Shown here: positions 1 to 10,502 of the stretch, piece after piece
How the letters are laid out: the number at the start of each line of letters is the position of its first letter
Position numbering within the stretch: position 1 is the first letter of the stretch
Source: Patellaria atrata CBS 101060
Lineage: Eukaryota
Direction of reading: 5' to 3'
Length of the DNA stretch: 64,000 bases
NCBI GenBank assembly: GCA_010093705.1
Contig: MU006114.1
Span: 1 to 64,000, forward strand
Notes under the pieces: model-generated
What the model saw: the letters and a program-made list of their open reading frames with translations, nothing else
Database searches by the model: none
What the model was told of the DNA's origin: nothing
Made by a program: the position numbers and the translations under genes

Positions 1-256
1 ATCTTGTTTAGTTTGCTATAATGTTTGCTTCTCTAAGCAATTCGTATTCGTCAGTCCTGATCTCTTTCAAGTACTGGGTCGTCGTTGTCGTCGGCGCTGA
101 TACTCTCAGGCACCGGATATCTCGTTGCTAGTAGAGCTCAGCTGCTTGCAGATCCCCGATCAGTCCGATGATCGTTCGTCAGCTAGACTGATGTCGTGCT
201 CCGGTTGGAATATTATGTCGCCTTTCCAGAGGCCGTTGAAGGAGAACTTAATCTAG
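1..256 (-). mobile_element. Primer-binding site and 5' leader of the retrotransposon
   Basis: Minus-strand AGATTAAGTT (254-245) is the exact complement of AACTTAATCT (333-324) inside the LTR. The leader ends ...AACAAGAT at the window edge, possibly the start of a gag ATG (not visible). Confidence 0.6.
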
Positions 257-528
257 TGTGACAATGTAGTATAGCTGTAGTAATCGTATTTTGACTATCT
301 CTATTACTAACTACTAAGTGTGGAGATTAAGTTAAGGAACAATAATATCGTGGGCCGAATGTCCGTATATAATAGTCCCGCCTTGCCAAGCCTCGGCCCG
401 ACTATCTTCCGTTTAACCAATCAGCGCTCAGAGATCTTTTCCGCGTCCGACCCGGCAAAGATCTCTTGCAAATAAACCAAACACTCAGCATAGGAAATAC
501 GGGATTAGCATCGTGACACGTCGTCACA
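257..528 (-). mobile_element. LTR (272 bp), probably the 5' LTR of a Ty3/Gypsy chromovirus-type retrotransposon extending left out of the window
   Basis: On the minus strand it reads TGTGACGACGT...ACATTGTCACA (TG...CA ends, 9/11 inverted-repeat match). It contains a CCAAT/ATTGG motif (~416-421) and a TATA-like TATTATATAC (~374-365). A PBS-position 10-mer lies 2 nt beyond the LTR end. GC content is normal and ends abruptly at the A/T block at 529. Confidence 0.75.
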
Positions 529-867
529 ATAATATAAAAATAAAAAAAATAATAATAAATAAAATAAAAAATTAATATAAAATAATTATATTAAATAGAG
601 TTTAGCTTTTAATATTTTAAAAGAAAAGAAAAAAAGATATATATAATTTAATAAATAGATAATATATTTATTATATATTTAAATAAAAGAAATAAACTTT
701 TAAAATAAAAGTTAAAAAAAGAGAAAATAATATTATAACTATAAATTATAAAAATATATAAATAATAAATAAAGAAAAAAAAAATATTATTTAAAGAAAT
801 TATAAATAAAATAAATAATAAAGAATTATATAATTAAATAATAATTATTAGTTATATTAATTATAAA

Positions 868-1185
868 AAATAATTAAAGTATAAATAATTAAATTAATTA
901 TAAAAGATAAAAATATTTAAAAATAATTTTTTCTTTATATATTTAAATTCTTTATAATTATTTTTATTATTAATTTTATTTATAAATTTAAATATTATAA
1001 TTTTAAATTTAATTTTATTTATTATATTATTTTTATATAATATATTTTATTTTATTATAAATATTATTTAAAATTAAAAAGTTAATAAATTATATTAATA
1101 ATTTAAAATATTTTTATTATATATATTTTATTATTTTATTAAATTTATTTTTATAGTTAATTATATTAAATAAAAAATTAAATAT
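868..1185 (+). repeat. Direct repeat copy 1 (~315 bp) within the AT-rich block
   Basis: Aligns colinearly by eye with ~2791-3110 (taattaaagtataaataattaaattaattataaaagataaaaatatttaaaaataa vs taattaaaatataaatatattaaattaattataaaaaataaaaatatttaaaaataa, continuing to ...ttatattaaataaaaa[a/g]ttaaatat). Confidence 0.8.
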
Positions 1186-1386
1186 ATTTTTAAATTTATC
1201 TAATTTTATTTTAATAAATATAGACTTTTATTATAATAATTATATAATTAATTAAATTATTTTATAATTATTATTATTTTAAATTTTCTTTAATTATTAA
1301 AATATTATAAATATTTTAATAAATATTTTTATTAATATTTTATTATATTTTATTATATTATTATATTAAATTTATTTTTATTTATA

Positions 1387-1659
1387 TATTTTTATTAATA
1401 TATAAATAATATTAAATTATTTTAAAATATATTTATATATTTTATTAAAATTTTTATTATTATAAATATTATAATTATTAAAAACTTTAAATAATATATT
1501 TAAATTTAAATTATAATTAAAATTTATATAAAATTTTATTATTAAATTATTTATTATAATTTAATTTAAATTTCTATAATTTATATAAAAAATTAAATTA
1601 ATAATATATAAAAATATATTTTAAAATAATTTAATATTATTTATATATTAATAAAAATA
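1387..1659. mobile_element. MITE-like relic: perfect 48-bp inverted repeats (1387-1434 and 1612-1659) around a 177-bp spacer
   Basis: tatttttattaatatataaataatattaaattattttaaaatatattt is the exact reverse complement of 1612-1659 (checked base by base). Both outer ends are TA. Confidence 0.6.
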
Positions 1660-2790
1660 AAATTTAATATTTTAAAAATTTTATAATAATTTTTCTTTAT
1701 AAATATATTAAAAAATATATTTTTAAAAATAAATAAAAAATCTTTTTTATTAATATAAAAAATATATTAATATATAAAATTTTAAATATATTAAAATTAT
1801 TTATATTTTAATAATAAAAAATAAATTTTATTAAATAATTAAAATATATATAATAAATAAAAAAATATATAAAATTTTAAAATTTTCTTTTTTAAATAAT
1901 AATTTTTAAAATTTTAATTAAAATAACTTTTATAATTATTAAAAATAAATAATTAATATATTTTTATTATATATATTTTTATATATATATTAAAATAATT
2001 TAATAATTAAATTTAAATATATTATTTATTTAATTATTTTTAAAGATTAAAATTTTTTAATTAAATAATATATTTATCTTTTTATATAATATAAAAATAT
2101 AAATATATTTTTTATAAATAATAAAAAAATAAAATTATATATTTTATAATATAAATATTTTAAATAATTATAATTTATTTTTAATTATTTAATTAAATAA
2201 AATTAAATTTTATATATTTTTTTATATTTATAATATTTTTTATTAATTTAATTATATTTAATTAAAAATTAATTTTATCGAAATTATAAATATTATTATT
2301 ATAAATATTATATTTAATTTTTATTTTTTTAATTAATTTAAATTATATATTAATTATTTTAAAATTTTCTTATAATATTTTTTAATAATTTTTTATTTAA
2401 TTAAAAATTATTTTTAATTTATTTAAATATATTATAAATTTTTAAAATTAATTTTTATTTATTTATTTATTTTCTATTTTATATATTTAATAATTTATCT
2501 ATTATATTTATTATTTTATATAATTAAAATTTAAATTCTTATAAATTAAAAATATATTAAATAATTCTTTATTTTTTAATTATAATAAATTTTTATAAAT
2601 ATATATTATATATAATAATATATTATAAATTTTAAAATTAATTTTTTTTATAAATAAAATAAATAATAAAAAATTATATAATTTAAATATATAATTATTT
2701 TATTATATAATTATAATAATTATAAATAAAAATATTTAATTATTAAAATATTTTAATTATAAAAGAAAAAATTAAATAATTAAATAATTA

Positions 2791-3110
2791 AAATAATTAA
2801 AATATAAATATATTAAATTAATTATAAAAAATAAAAATATTTAAAAATAATTTTTTTTATATATTTAAATTTTTTATAATTATTTTTACTATTAATTTTA
2901 TTTATAAATATAAATATTATAATTTTAAATTTAATTTTATTTATTATATTATTTATTATATAATATATTTTATTTTATTATAAATATTATTAAAAATTAA
3001 AAAATTAAAAAATTATATTATTAATTTAAAATATTTTTATTATATATATATTTTATTATTTTATTAAATTTATTTTAATAATTACTTATATTAAATAAAA
3101 AGTTAAATAT
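2791..3110 (+). repeat. Direct repeat copy 2 (~315 bp) within the AT-rich block
   Basis: Same alignment as copy 1, differing by scattered substitutions and 1-2 nt indels. Confidence 0.8.
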
Positions 3111-3166
3111 TATTAAATAAACGCTATTAAATAAACGCTACTAAATAAACGTTACTAAATAAACAC
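3111..3166 (+). repeat. 14-bp tandem repeat x4 at the edge of the AT-rich block
   Basis: tattaaataaacgc / tattaaataaacgc / tactaaataaacgt / tactaaataaacac. Confidence 0.9.
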
Positions 3167-3193
3167 TATCCTAGAGTTAGTTCACACGTCTAC

Positions 3194-5377
3194 TCACGGA
3201 CTCACCGGCATTGGGGTATCAAAAACCGGCTGAAGTTTAACGCCCCCAAAACTCCACCCACCAACAAACATACCTCTCTCCCATTTCTTATTGACGACGA
3301 TTCCCATCTCGCCCTCCAAGCCCACTTCAACATTAACATCTCCAACAAGCTCAACCCAACCCCGCCCCTTAACCTCTTCATATCTCTCCTCGCCAACCCT
3401 AACCCTAACCGCATCAGGATGCAACAAGACAGGCACAACATCAGGCGTGATCTTAACGTCCACAAACCTGGACGTAAAAGTACGCGCATCAAAGGGCCTG
3501 CCTACGGAGAAGACCACATCCGCGGAATTCGTTTGTGATCCTGGTGGGGTGAAGAAGCAGGCGATGAACCGAACTCTGTAAACGCCCTGCGGGATCCCCG
3601 TTCTCAGTACCCTTAGACATATATTGTCGGCGCCGGAGCAGGTCGCGACGACGGCTTCATCCCGGTGGCCGTCGTGGTCGAGGTCGACTGTCACAGGGAA
3701 TATCTTCCGCAAGCGGCCCTTTTGATCGAGGTCAGTACCCGCTTGGCCCGAAGGGCTGTTCTCGCGGGCCTCAGCCCTCTTTTCCGGCGTTACGTCTTGT
3801 GGAGACGGTTGGACGCCCATCGGGAACCCGGTTTTAAAGTCTATTTGGTCGAGCTGGAAGGCGCCGGTCTGGAGCGCTCGCCCGTCGACGCCATACCTGA
3901 AATCTTTTGCTGGGATGGCAAATTCCGGAGGTAGTGCTGAGAGTTTGCATATTAGTTCGCCGAGAGCGTGGGCACGGTGGAGCTGCTGAGGGTCAGACAT
4001 ATATTGGCGCGTGAGAGACGCCATCTCGTTATCCATCATCCATTTCTCGAGGGAGATATCAGCGAGACCACCATCAACATCGAAGCGGAAATATGTCGTT
4101 GAGCTGTTATAGTACATTCGCTGCATCTCATTATCGACTCGGGCGGTGCTAGTAGCCATGTTGGCTAACGCGGAGGCAAGGGCAATATTGCTACTTAATC
4201 CAAAAGGGAGCCAGGCCCGCACTTTCCCAACCGAAGGGATTGTTTGGAGACCGGTGCCGACGGACACGATAGCACCGATCGCGCGTCCGGGCCAAATCGA
4301 CTTAGCTGCATAGTCTAATTCAGCAGTAGGATTATTGAAGCCTACGCCCCCATCAAGATAGGTTACCCGGGGAGTACCAAATGTCATCTCTTCAAAAAAG
4401 GTTGGCGCTGCGGAGGTCGCTCTTAGGGCTTGCCAAATGGTTGTTATCCTGTCATTTGGATCATACGTAGACAGAATTCTGGGCAAACCTAAGGCATTCT
4501 TGAGCGAAGAGACGACAAATGTACGGCACCCTTTCTGATCCACCTTTACGCGAACTGAGCTCCGGGGATGAATACGCCAGGTGGGAGGCCTCTCAAAGGT
4601 TTTCGAGCTCCTCGACGGTGCTTGGTTAGCAAGGGTGCCATAACCCGGGACGTCTCCTCTATTGGATCGCATTGATTTGAAAGAATGTTTTCTGAATAGT
4701 GAATCAGTGTCCTCGGGAAAAGTAGCTCTTTGCCGTATGCTGTGATTGTCGATAGGTGATTGAGTTATGATGGTGGGTATCGAATCGTGCCAGATGCTGT
4801 CATTCTTCCCTTCGGTCATTGCTTCTTCGAATAGGGTACCATCCCACATTAATTCATTTTCATCATACCCGAGCTCTTTCAATGCCGTCTTGATGGCATT
4901 CTCCAAAACCGCTCCCGAAAAACGAGTAGCCCCTAGTGGAATTTTCCATCCCGCTACATGGATACTTCGATCTTTCTCGAAAATTTGTTTAGCAAGCTTG
5001 ATGTAAATGGCAATACACTGCTGGCAGTCGAGTTTCAGTCGACCAAGTAGAACTGCTATGATACCGCCAGTGCTTGTACCTATTATCATTAGTAAAGTTC
5101 TTGTGTTTACAATGAGTGTATACAAACCCCCGATCAAATCAAAATAATCACAAGGTTTCAAAGGCGTGTTATCACCCTGAGGCCTCTTCTTTAGCCGTTT
5201 CTCCTCTGCTGCAATGTTCTCCATCAAGGTCGCTAGAATCATAAGACTGGACAGACCTCGAACACCACCGCCATCAAGAGAAAGAAGTCGCAGCGGCGCG
5301 CGGGGATTGCTTTCGTTTGGAAGTGCTTTTATTATAGCTCTCGCGGGTTCATTCTTAGTGGTAGTTGAAGACGGCAT
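3194..5377 (-). CDS. Patatin-like phospholipase with an uncharacterised beta-rich C-terminal domain; probable intron 5080-5127
   Basis: Oxyanion motif LSLDGGGVRG, KPCDYFDLIGG, nucleophile GTSTG, ALRATSAAPTFF, catalytic DGG (YLDGGVGFNNP), VSVGTG, YFRFDV. A 48-nt GTTTGT...CTAAT...TAG intron restores DLIGGTSTGG. Confidence 0.92.
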   Translation of the reverse strand: MPSSTTTKNEPARAIIKALPNESNPRAPLRLLSLDGGGVRGLSSLMILATLMENIAAEEKRLKKRPQGDNTPLKPCDYFDLIGGLYTLIVNTRTLLMIIGTSTGGIIAVLLGRLKLDCQQCIAIYIKLAKQIFEKDRSIHVAGWKIPLGATRFSGAVLENAIKTALKELGYDENELMWDGTLFEEAMTEGKNDSIWHDSIPTIITQSPIDNHSIRQRATFPEDTDSLFRKHSFKSMRSNRGDVPGYGTLANQAPSRSSKTFERPPTWRIHPRSSVRVKVDQKGCRTFVVSSLKNALGLPRILSTYDPNDRITTIWQALRATSAAPTFFEEMTFGTPRVTYLDGGVGFNNPTAELDYAAKSIWPGRAIGAIVSVGTGLQTIPSVGKVRAWLPFGLSSNIALASALANMATSTARVDNEMQRMYYNSSTTYFRFDVDGGLADISLEKWMMDNEMASLTRQYMSDPQQLHRAHALGELICKLSALPPEFAIPAKDFRYGVDGRALQTGAFQLDQIDFKTGFPMGVQPSPQDVTPEKRAEARENSPSGQAGTDLDQKGRLRKIFPVTVDLDHDGHRDEAVVATCSGADNICLRVLRTGIPQGVYRVRFIACFFTPPGSQTNSADVVFSVGRPFDARTFTSRFVDVKITPDVVPVLLHPDAVRVRVGEERYEEVKGRGWVELVGDVNVEVGLEGEMGIVVNKKWERGMFVGGWSFGGVKLQPVFDTPMPVSP

Positions 5378-6316
5378 AATAAGAGGAGGAGCCGTTCAAT
5401 GAGTTTATCTCTCTGTTGTTGCCTTCTGGTAATGATGCAACCCAAGAAGTGGGCCGGGAAGGTACGATGCGGAAAACTACGGGAGTAACACAGAGACAAG
5501 GTGAGTCAACAGTCAGTAATGAAATTCTTTGTTTCTGAGGTAATAGAAGAGCCTCGAGATAAGAAAAAAGTTGACTGAAAAGCCGAAAGGAGTATGTCTA
5601 CGTAAACACGACGATCGAACAATAGGAAGGATAAGCGACAGGATGAAAAGGTCTATGATGAATAAATATATGGATCGGAATGTCTTCGCGGATAGGATGC
5701 GGTCGACGGTAGATATAAGTAAAGAGGGATGTTTTGTATGAATACTTAGTTACGGACGTTAAACTCTAGTTTGAGGCTCTCGACTCCAAAATTAGTCGTT
5801 CTCCAGGCCGCAGTATGGGGTAACCGTGCTGTGCCTTCGACGCAGATCGCGCAGAATCCGCGGTGAAACGAGCAGTAAAATGTAACGAAACCTCTAATTA
5901 GGGCTCGGCTGTGCCGCCTAGTCCGTTCAGGCGCCCATTGCTGAAACAAAGCAAACATTTCCTACCACTTACGGATTTTCGTACGACACGATCAAACCAA
6001 AAGGCGAATCGATCTACTGTTCAAATCGTCACTTGACCTATCATCCCTTCATCAGATCGCGGTATCCTGAGGATCTGAAAAGATGACTGTAACGGTAGCC
6101 GCAAGTAACAGAGGCACGGGAGGGTGTATTGCGTCAGTCGGTGGAATTCCACGGAGACGGTGTGGTATCAGTTCCATGTATCAATGAATAGAGGAATGTG
6201 TATGGAGATCAACGACGATAATAGTCCAATCTATTGTAGGGTTGAGATGATGCCCATGAACTGGAGGTCAAAACGAACATGTCGTCGATATTACCTCGCG
6301 AATTCGGGAGCTGTGC

Positions 6317-6949
6317 CTAATCTTGGAGTGCCTCGTTCTGCAAAACTCTCCAAAATCCTTTACCATAACTTACCAATATCTCTTCGTTCTTCGTTATTCC
6401 CTTCGACCTCTTCCCACTCTTGCCTGCACTCAACACGAAGACTCCCATCCTCTTCTCCAACTCACCCTTGCTCATCTCAACCCAAACTTCCCTAAATTCC
6501 GCATTTGGTCGATCAGATATCCCGCGGTAGTCGTTTATGAACCGCGCCTCGTTCCCAAAGTGTGTCGCGTCAACGCCTATACCCAGTTCACGGTCGAGGT
6601 TCAAGTCGTAGTTGGACTTCGGATCCGCATCTTCATTGGTATGGACGAACCCTAAGTATTGTAGAATAAACGCGTCGGGAGCAAGGTGCCGCGCGGCAAA
6701 GAGACCACTCTGCCCGTGAGCCGGGTGTTTGGGATTGTTGATCTCCTTGATGCGAACATTGGATGAAGGACCTGTTGACACTGGTAATATAGTTGTAAGG
6801 TCTACGACCTCGCTTTTCTGGATACGCAGTGCGGCAGGTGATATCGACTGGAAATACCGAGGAGTAGTGAGATAGGTAATATCCTCTGGCCAGCACTTTG
6901 GAGCCTGTGCCGACGGAGACTGTTTCTTATAGTTGGATTTCGATGCCAT
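6317..6949 (-). CDS. Small stand-alone SET-domain protein (fission-yeast Set7-like lysine methyltransferase)
   Basis: HPAHGQSGLFA, VDATHFGNEARFINDYRG and EEILVSYGKGFW SET motifs; no post-SET cysteines. First ATG is at 6949. Confidence 0.88.
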   Translation of the reverse strand: MASKSNYKKQSPSAQAPKCWPEDITYLTTPRYFQSISPAALRIQKSEVVDLTTILPVSTGPSSNVRIKEINNPKHPAHGQSGLFAARHLAPDAFILQYLGFVHTNEDADPKSNYDLNLDRELGIGVDATHFGNEARFINDYRGISDRPNAEFREVWVEMSKGELEKRMGVFVLSAGKSGKRSKGITKNEEILVSYGKGFWRVLQNEALQD

Positions 6950-7505
6950 GCGAGCGGTTATGTATGAAACTATGAGCGGTGATTGATTTGGGGTTAATTT
7001 ACGGCAGAACAAGAGAAGCCCGGCGATCGTCTATATATGGCGAGCGGACCAAAATTCAAACCTTCACATACGGTCTATTTTAACTTTTGGTAACTCCAAA
7101 TTGATGAAAGAATGACATTGCGGGATCAGGAGAATTGATGGGACAGTATGGGCCGACTACTGTACACAAACCCTCGCGGTGAAGTTCAGCAGTACTTCAA
7201 TGTCGGGTGTGATATCATGACGGTAATTCCTCGGTTGTGTGGGACAATTTCCCGATCGGGATAGTTTTACAGTGCATGAACGACTTCAGGGTCACTAAAA
7301 TCACTAAGTTACCAGAACACGGAAAATATTGTCAAATAGATAATGACATATAAGCTATATATTCATTGAAAACGTAACTACCTAGGTATTAGGACAGGGT
7401 ATCTCTTAGTAATTAGCAAAACGCTCCGAAAATGCTTAGCGGCACAAATCATGGAGATGCTCAAAATCTTACAAAAACTCCTTAAAATGCTTTCATAACT
7501 CCTCC

Positions 7506-10502
7506 TCATTGAGATACCCGTGCGGATTTGCCCTTGGCGCCTTCTGATTCTCCACTTCTATTTCTTTTCAATCCTACCGACCTTTTCGGGTCATCGTGTC
7601 CATGGTCACTGTCTCCAAAGTTGTACGGACTGTTGAATCCACTGCCTCCACCACGCGTAGCTGCCGAACTACCAGCTGGTATCTCCTCTGCCAGCCTCTC
7701 AGCCATTTCACTATCAAATTGACGCTCTTTTGCTCGAATTGCTACGGGATCGATATCCCTTGCCGTAGCTAGAAGATCAAGCGATTCGTCGTCGTCATCG
7801 TTATCCACGTCTTCCATATCAGAATCCTCGTCTGAAGACTCGTTTTCTCCAGGATCCTCACCAGGAGAGATACGGAGTGCTTGTGGAGCTCGTTGGAGAG
7901 GCTGAAGAGGATATGGTGGTGAGAATCCTTGCAACTCCGAATCATCTTCATCTGAAGTAGAATCCTCATCCTCAGTCCCTGAGTCATCAATTAAATAAGA
8001 GGGTGGGGGGAGCTCCGAGTTGGGAAGAGTCTTATGCTTTGCCGATATCACGTCTTGCTTAATATAGGATCCCATATGAGAGCCCTGTTCTTTCACTTGA
8101 CCTCTTTCTCCTAAGATTTCTCGAAACCTGTGGGAGAACGGATTGGATTGAATGGGTGCCGATGTTCCAGGATAGTTTGGTTGTCGTATCTGGGTCTGCA
8201 CATCGACGGAAAAATTGTCTTGTGGGACAACCCCTCCAAGACCTGACGCTTCCATATCGAGAATGTTTGAGTTTTCCGGAGACTTCTCATCCGATGATGA
8301 GGATGATGAGGGAAATTTTACCTCGTTTTCGTTTGTTGACGGATTTGAATCATCAATGTCCATGATGTCCGCGTGATCCGGGTGATGAATGCTGCGAGAT
8401 AGAGGTAGTTTGAGTTGATCAGAATCCGATCCCGAATGCGGAGGGCTCGAACCTTCGTCTCCAATCGCACGACGCCAAACATTTTGGGATTCGGTTGGAT
8501 TGTGGATTGATGATGGATCGCCTGTTAAATCTGTGCAGAACATAGCATTGTCATAAAAGATTATCGGGCCGTCATCTCTACGCATCTTTGATTTTGAAGA
8601 AGTTGCTGCACCGGAACTATTCATTTGGGAGGATTCCACCAGGAGATTAGGGTGTTCTGGGGAAGACGGAAGACTGTATTCATCACCCGGAGAGGGTTCG
8701 CATTCCACATCGGAACCTGAATTATGCGAGAAAAGGGGTACGTAGTCAAGCTTGGCGTTTCGACTCGTTGTGGAAGAGGAAACCTGTGTTGTCAAATTGG
8801 CACCTGACGATGCTTGAGGTTGAGAACCATTTTTTCTCGATTTCTTCCGCGGTGACTGCTTAGGACGATTCTTGTTATCGGAAGAGGTACCCTCGGAAGC
8901 TGGATCGGTAGAATTGTCACTTGATGTTCTAGTCAAAAATCCCCCTCCTTTCCAACGAACCTTCCGACCATCATGGGAAATATCAAGCTTAGAACTGTAC
9001 TCCTCAATGGCGAGCTTGACAAAATCTGGGGTCACGTTGAGAGTGTGAAGTTGAGCCATGTTCGTTAAGACGTTCAAGTAGATCCAACCATGACCTTCCT
9101 CTTGCGGTTCTTCTAGTTCGGGATCTAGAGGAGAGAATCCAAGGTGGCGAATGTATCGAAGATTATCTCTCGGGACCTGTGCTCTCTGTGGATCAAGGTC
9201 TAATGGTCTAGTAGGACGTTGATCCGGTGTTGAATTTCCCGTTGAAACACGTCTAAGACCAGATAGATCACGTTGGGGAATGGAAGTTGTGCTGCTTGAA
9301 CCTTGTGGTGAGTCGTTGTGACTACCTGAAGGTTGTCCCATAAGTTTAGCCTCGCGATTTCCTTCAGCTCTTGCGGTATGTCCTTGGGATTCGGTCCAAC
9401 GTCGGTCAGCCCTGGCAGCAGATTTAGAAACCTCTTGTTGTTGCATTGATTGACGCGGACCGTCTACAGCTGCACCTTTCCCAGCGAACAGTTGTTCCAA
9501 GCGACGAACGATCAACTTTTTCTTTGCCTTATCACTCAAATGGACATTTTGTCTTGGTAGCAGAGATTCCGGGATCTCATGCAGATAAGATTGTACACTT
9601 TGGTTGGTTCTAGTGAGTTTTGCAGCTGCATCTTTAGAACGATCCGCTCTGTTGACAAACGGTGTTGATGCATTTTGTCCTTGCCCGGAGGTCGACATTG
9701 AGGCATATGCCGAGTCTTCGAAGTGGGAGGTCATGGAGGATGCTGTCTGTCTGGTCTGCAAGTTTGGACGAGAATGTTCAGGCGGACTGTCTTTGCCCAT
9801 AGTCTCCTGAGAAACGTGTAAGCTTAGGGCAAATGTCTTTAGTGTCTCTTCGAGTTCGCGCTTCTTCTCTGGAGGTAGACCATGTACCCTAATCTCAAAC
9901 AATTTCTCCTCCTTCAAGCGTCCACTGTACGTATTCTCATATTTTTGTAGTCTTCTCTTCAGTTTTTTATTCTCAATCGTCAAATCATCTATCACACTGC
10001 GAAAATCATCCGCACTACTACCAACACTTTCCTGGATTTGTACTCCTGCTGGGTGCGGTAGCTCGGTGGAGCGTAGTACGTTCATTTTATTCCTACAACC
10101 TATTTGAACCGGAGGAGAACTGGACGAGCAAGACGGCTGGAGGTAGAAGGGTGGATCATCTGCTCAACTGTGAGCGTTAACTACATAGGCGCATCTTCAA
10201 GAAAGCTTACTATCCATATAAGAAAGGGTGCTCTGGTCGAAGTTATTGTTAGAAGCTTCAAACCATTTTCCTGCATCGCTGCTTTCGCCAGAACTTTGTT
10301 TCTGCGTTTTTGGTATAGATTCACAAAAGGAGGAGGCCTCCGCCTTGTTGCTAGAGGGATCACTGTCTGCGGAACCTGTGCGGTTTATGGTCCCGCCGAA
10401 GGGAGGCGATTTCGCCGGACCTCGAGGAGGATGTACAAGCGAGACCGACTTATGCGCCGGTGGTCTCCTTGGGTGGATTGAACCTGGGATGGTGCCAGAC
10501 AT
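7506..10502 (-). CDS. frq: FREQUENCY circadian clock protein (~981 aa); exons 10502-10211 and 10159-7506
   Basis: HPRRPPAHKSVSL, coiled coil FRSVIDDLTIENKKLKRRL, LFEIRVHGLP, KKKLIVRRLEQLF, QRPTRPLDLDP, GWIYLNVLTNMAQLH, basic PRKKSRK, FCTDLTGD, ASGLGGVVPQDNF, acidic tail. A 51-nt GTAAGC...CAG intron gives in-frame MD-NDPPFY. Confidence 0.97.

Larger units (their letters stand above)
529..3170. repeat. Extremely AT-rich block, probably RIP-degenerated transposon relics
   Basis: Almost no C or G, very TpA-rich, no ORFs, sharp boundaries. This is the expected end state of repeated RIP in Pezizomycotina. Confidence 0.9.

Noticed and set aside
3111..3166. CRISPR-like array
   Set aside because: Adjacent 14-bp units without spacers, no cas genes, eukaryotic context.
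529..3170. Centromere, telomere or mitochondrial insertion
   Set aside because: Only 2.6 kb, with no TTAGGG array and no mitochondrial ORF, tRNA or rRNA remnants. A RIP relic explains it, though the context to the left is not visible.
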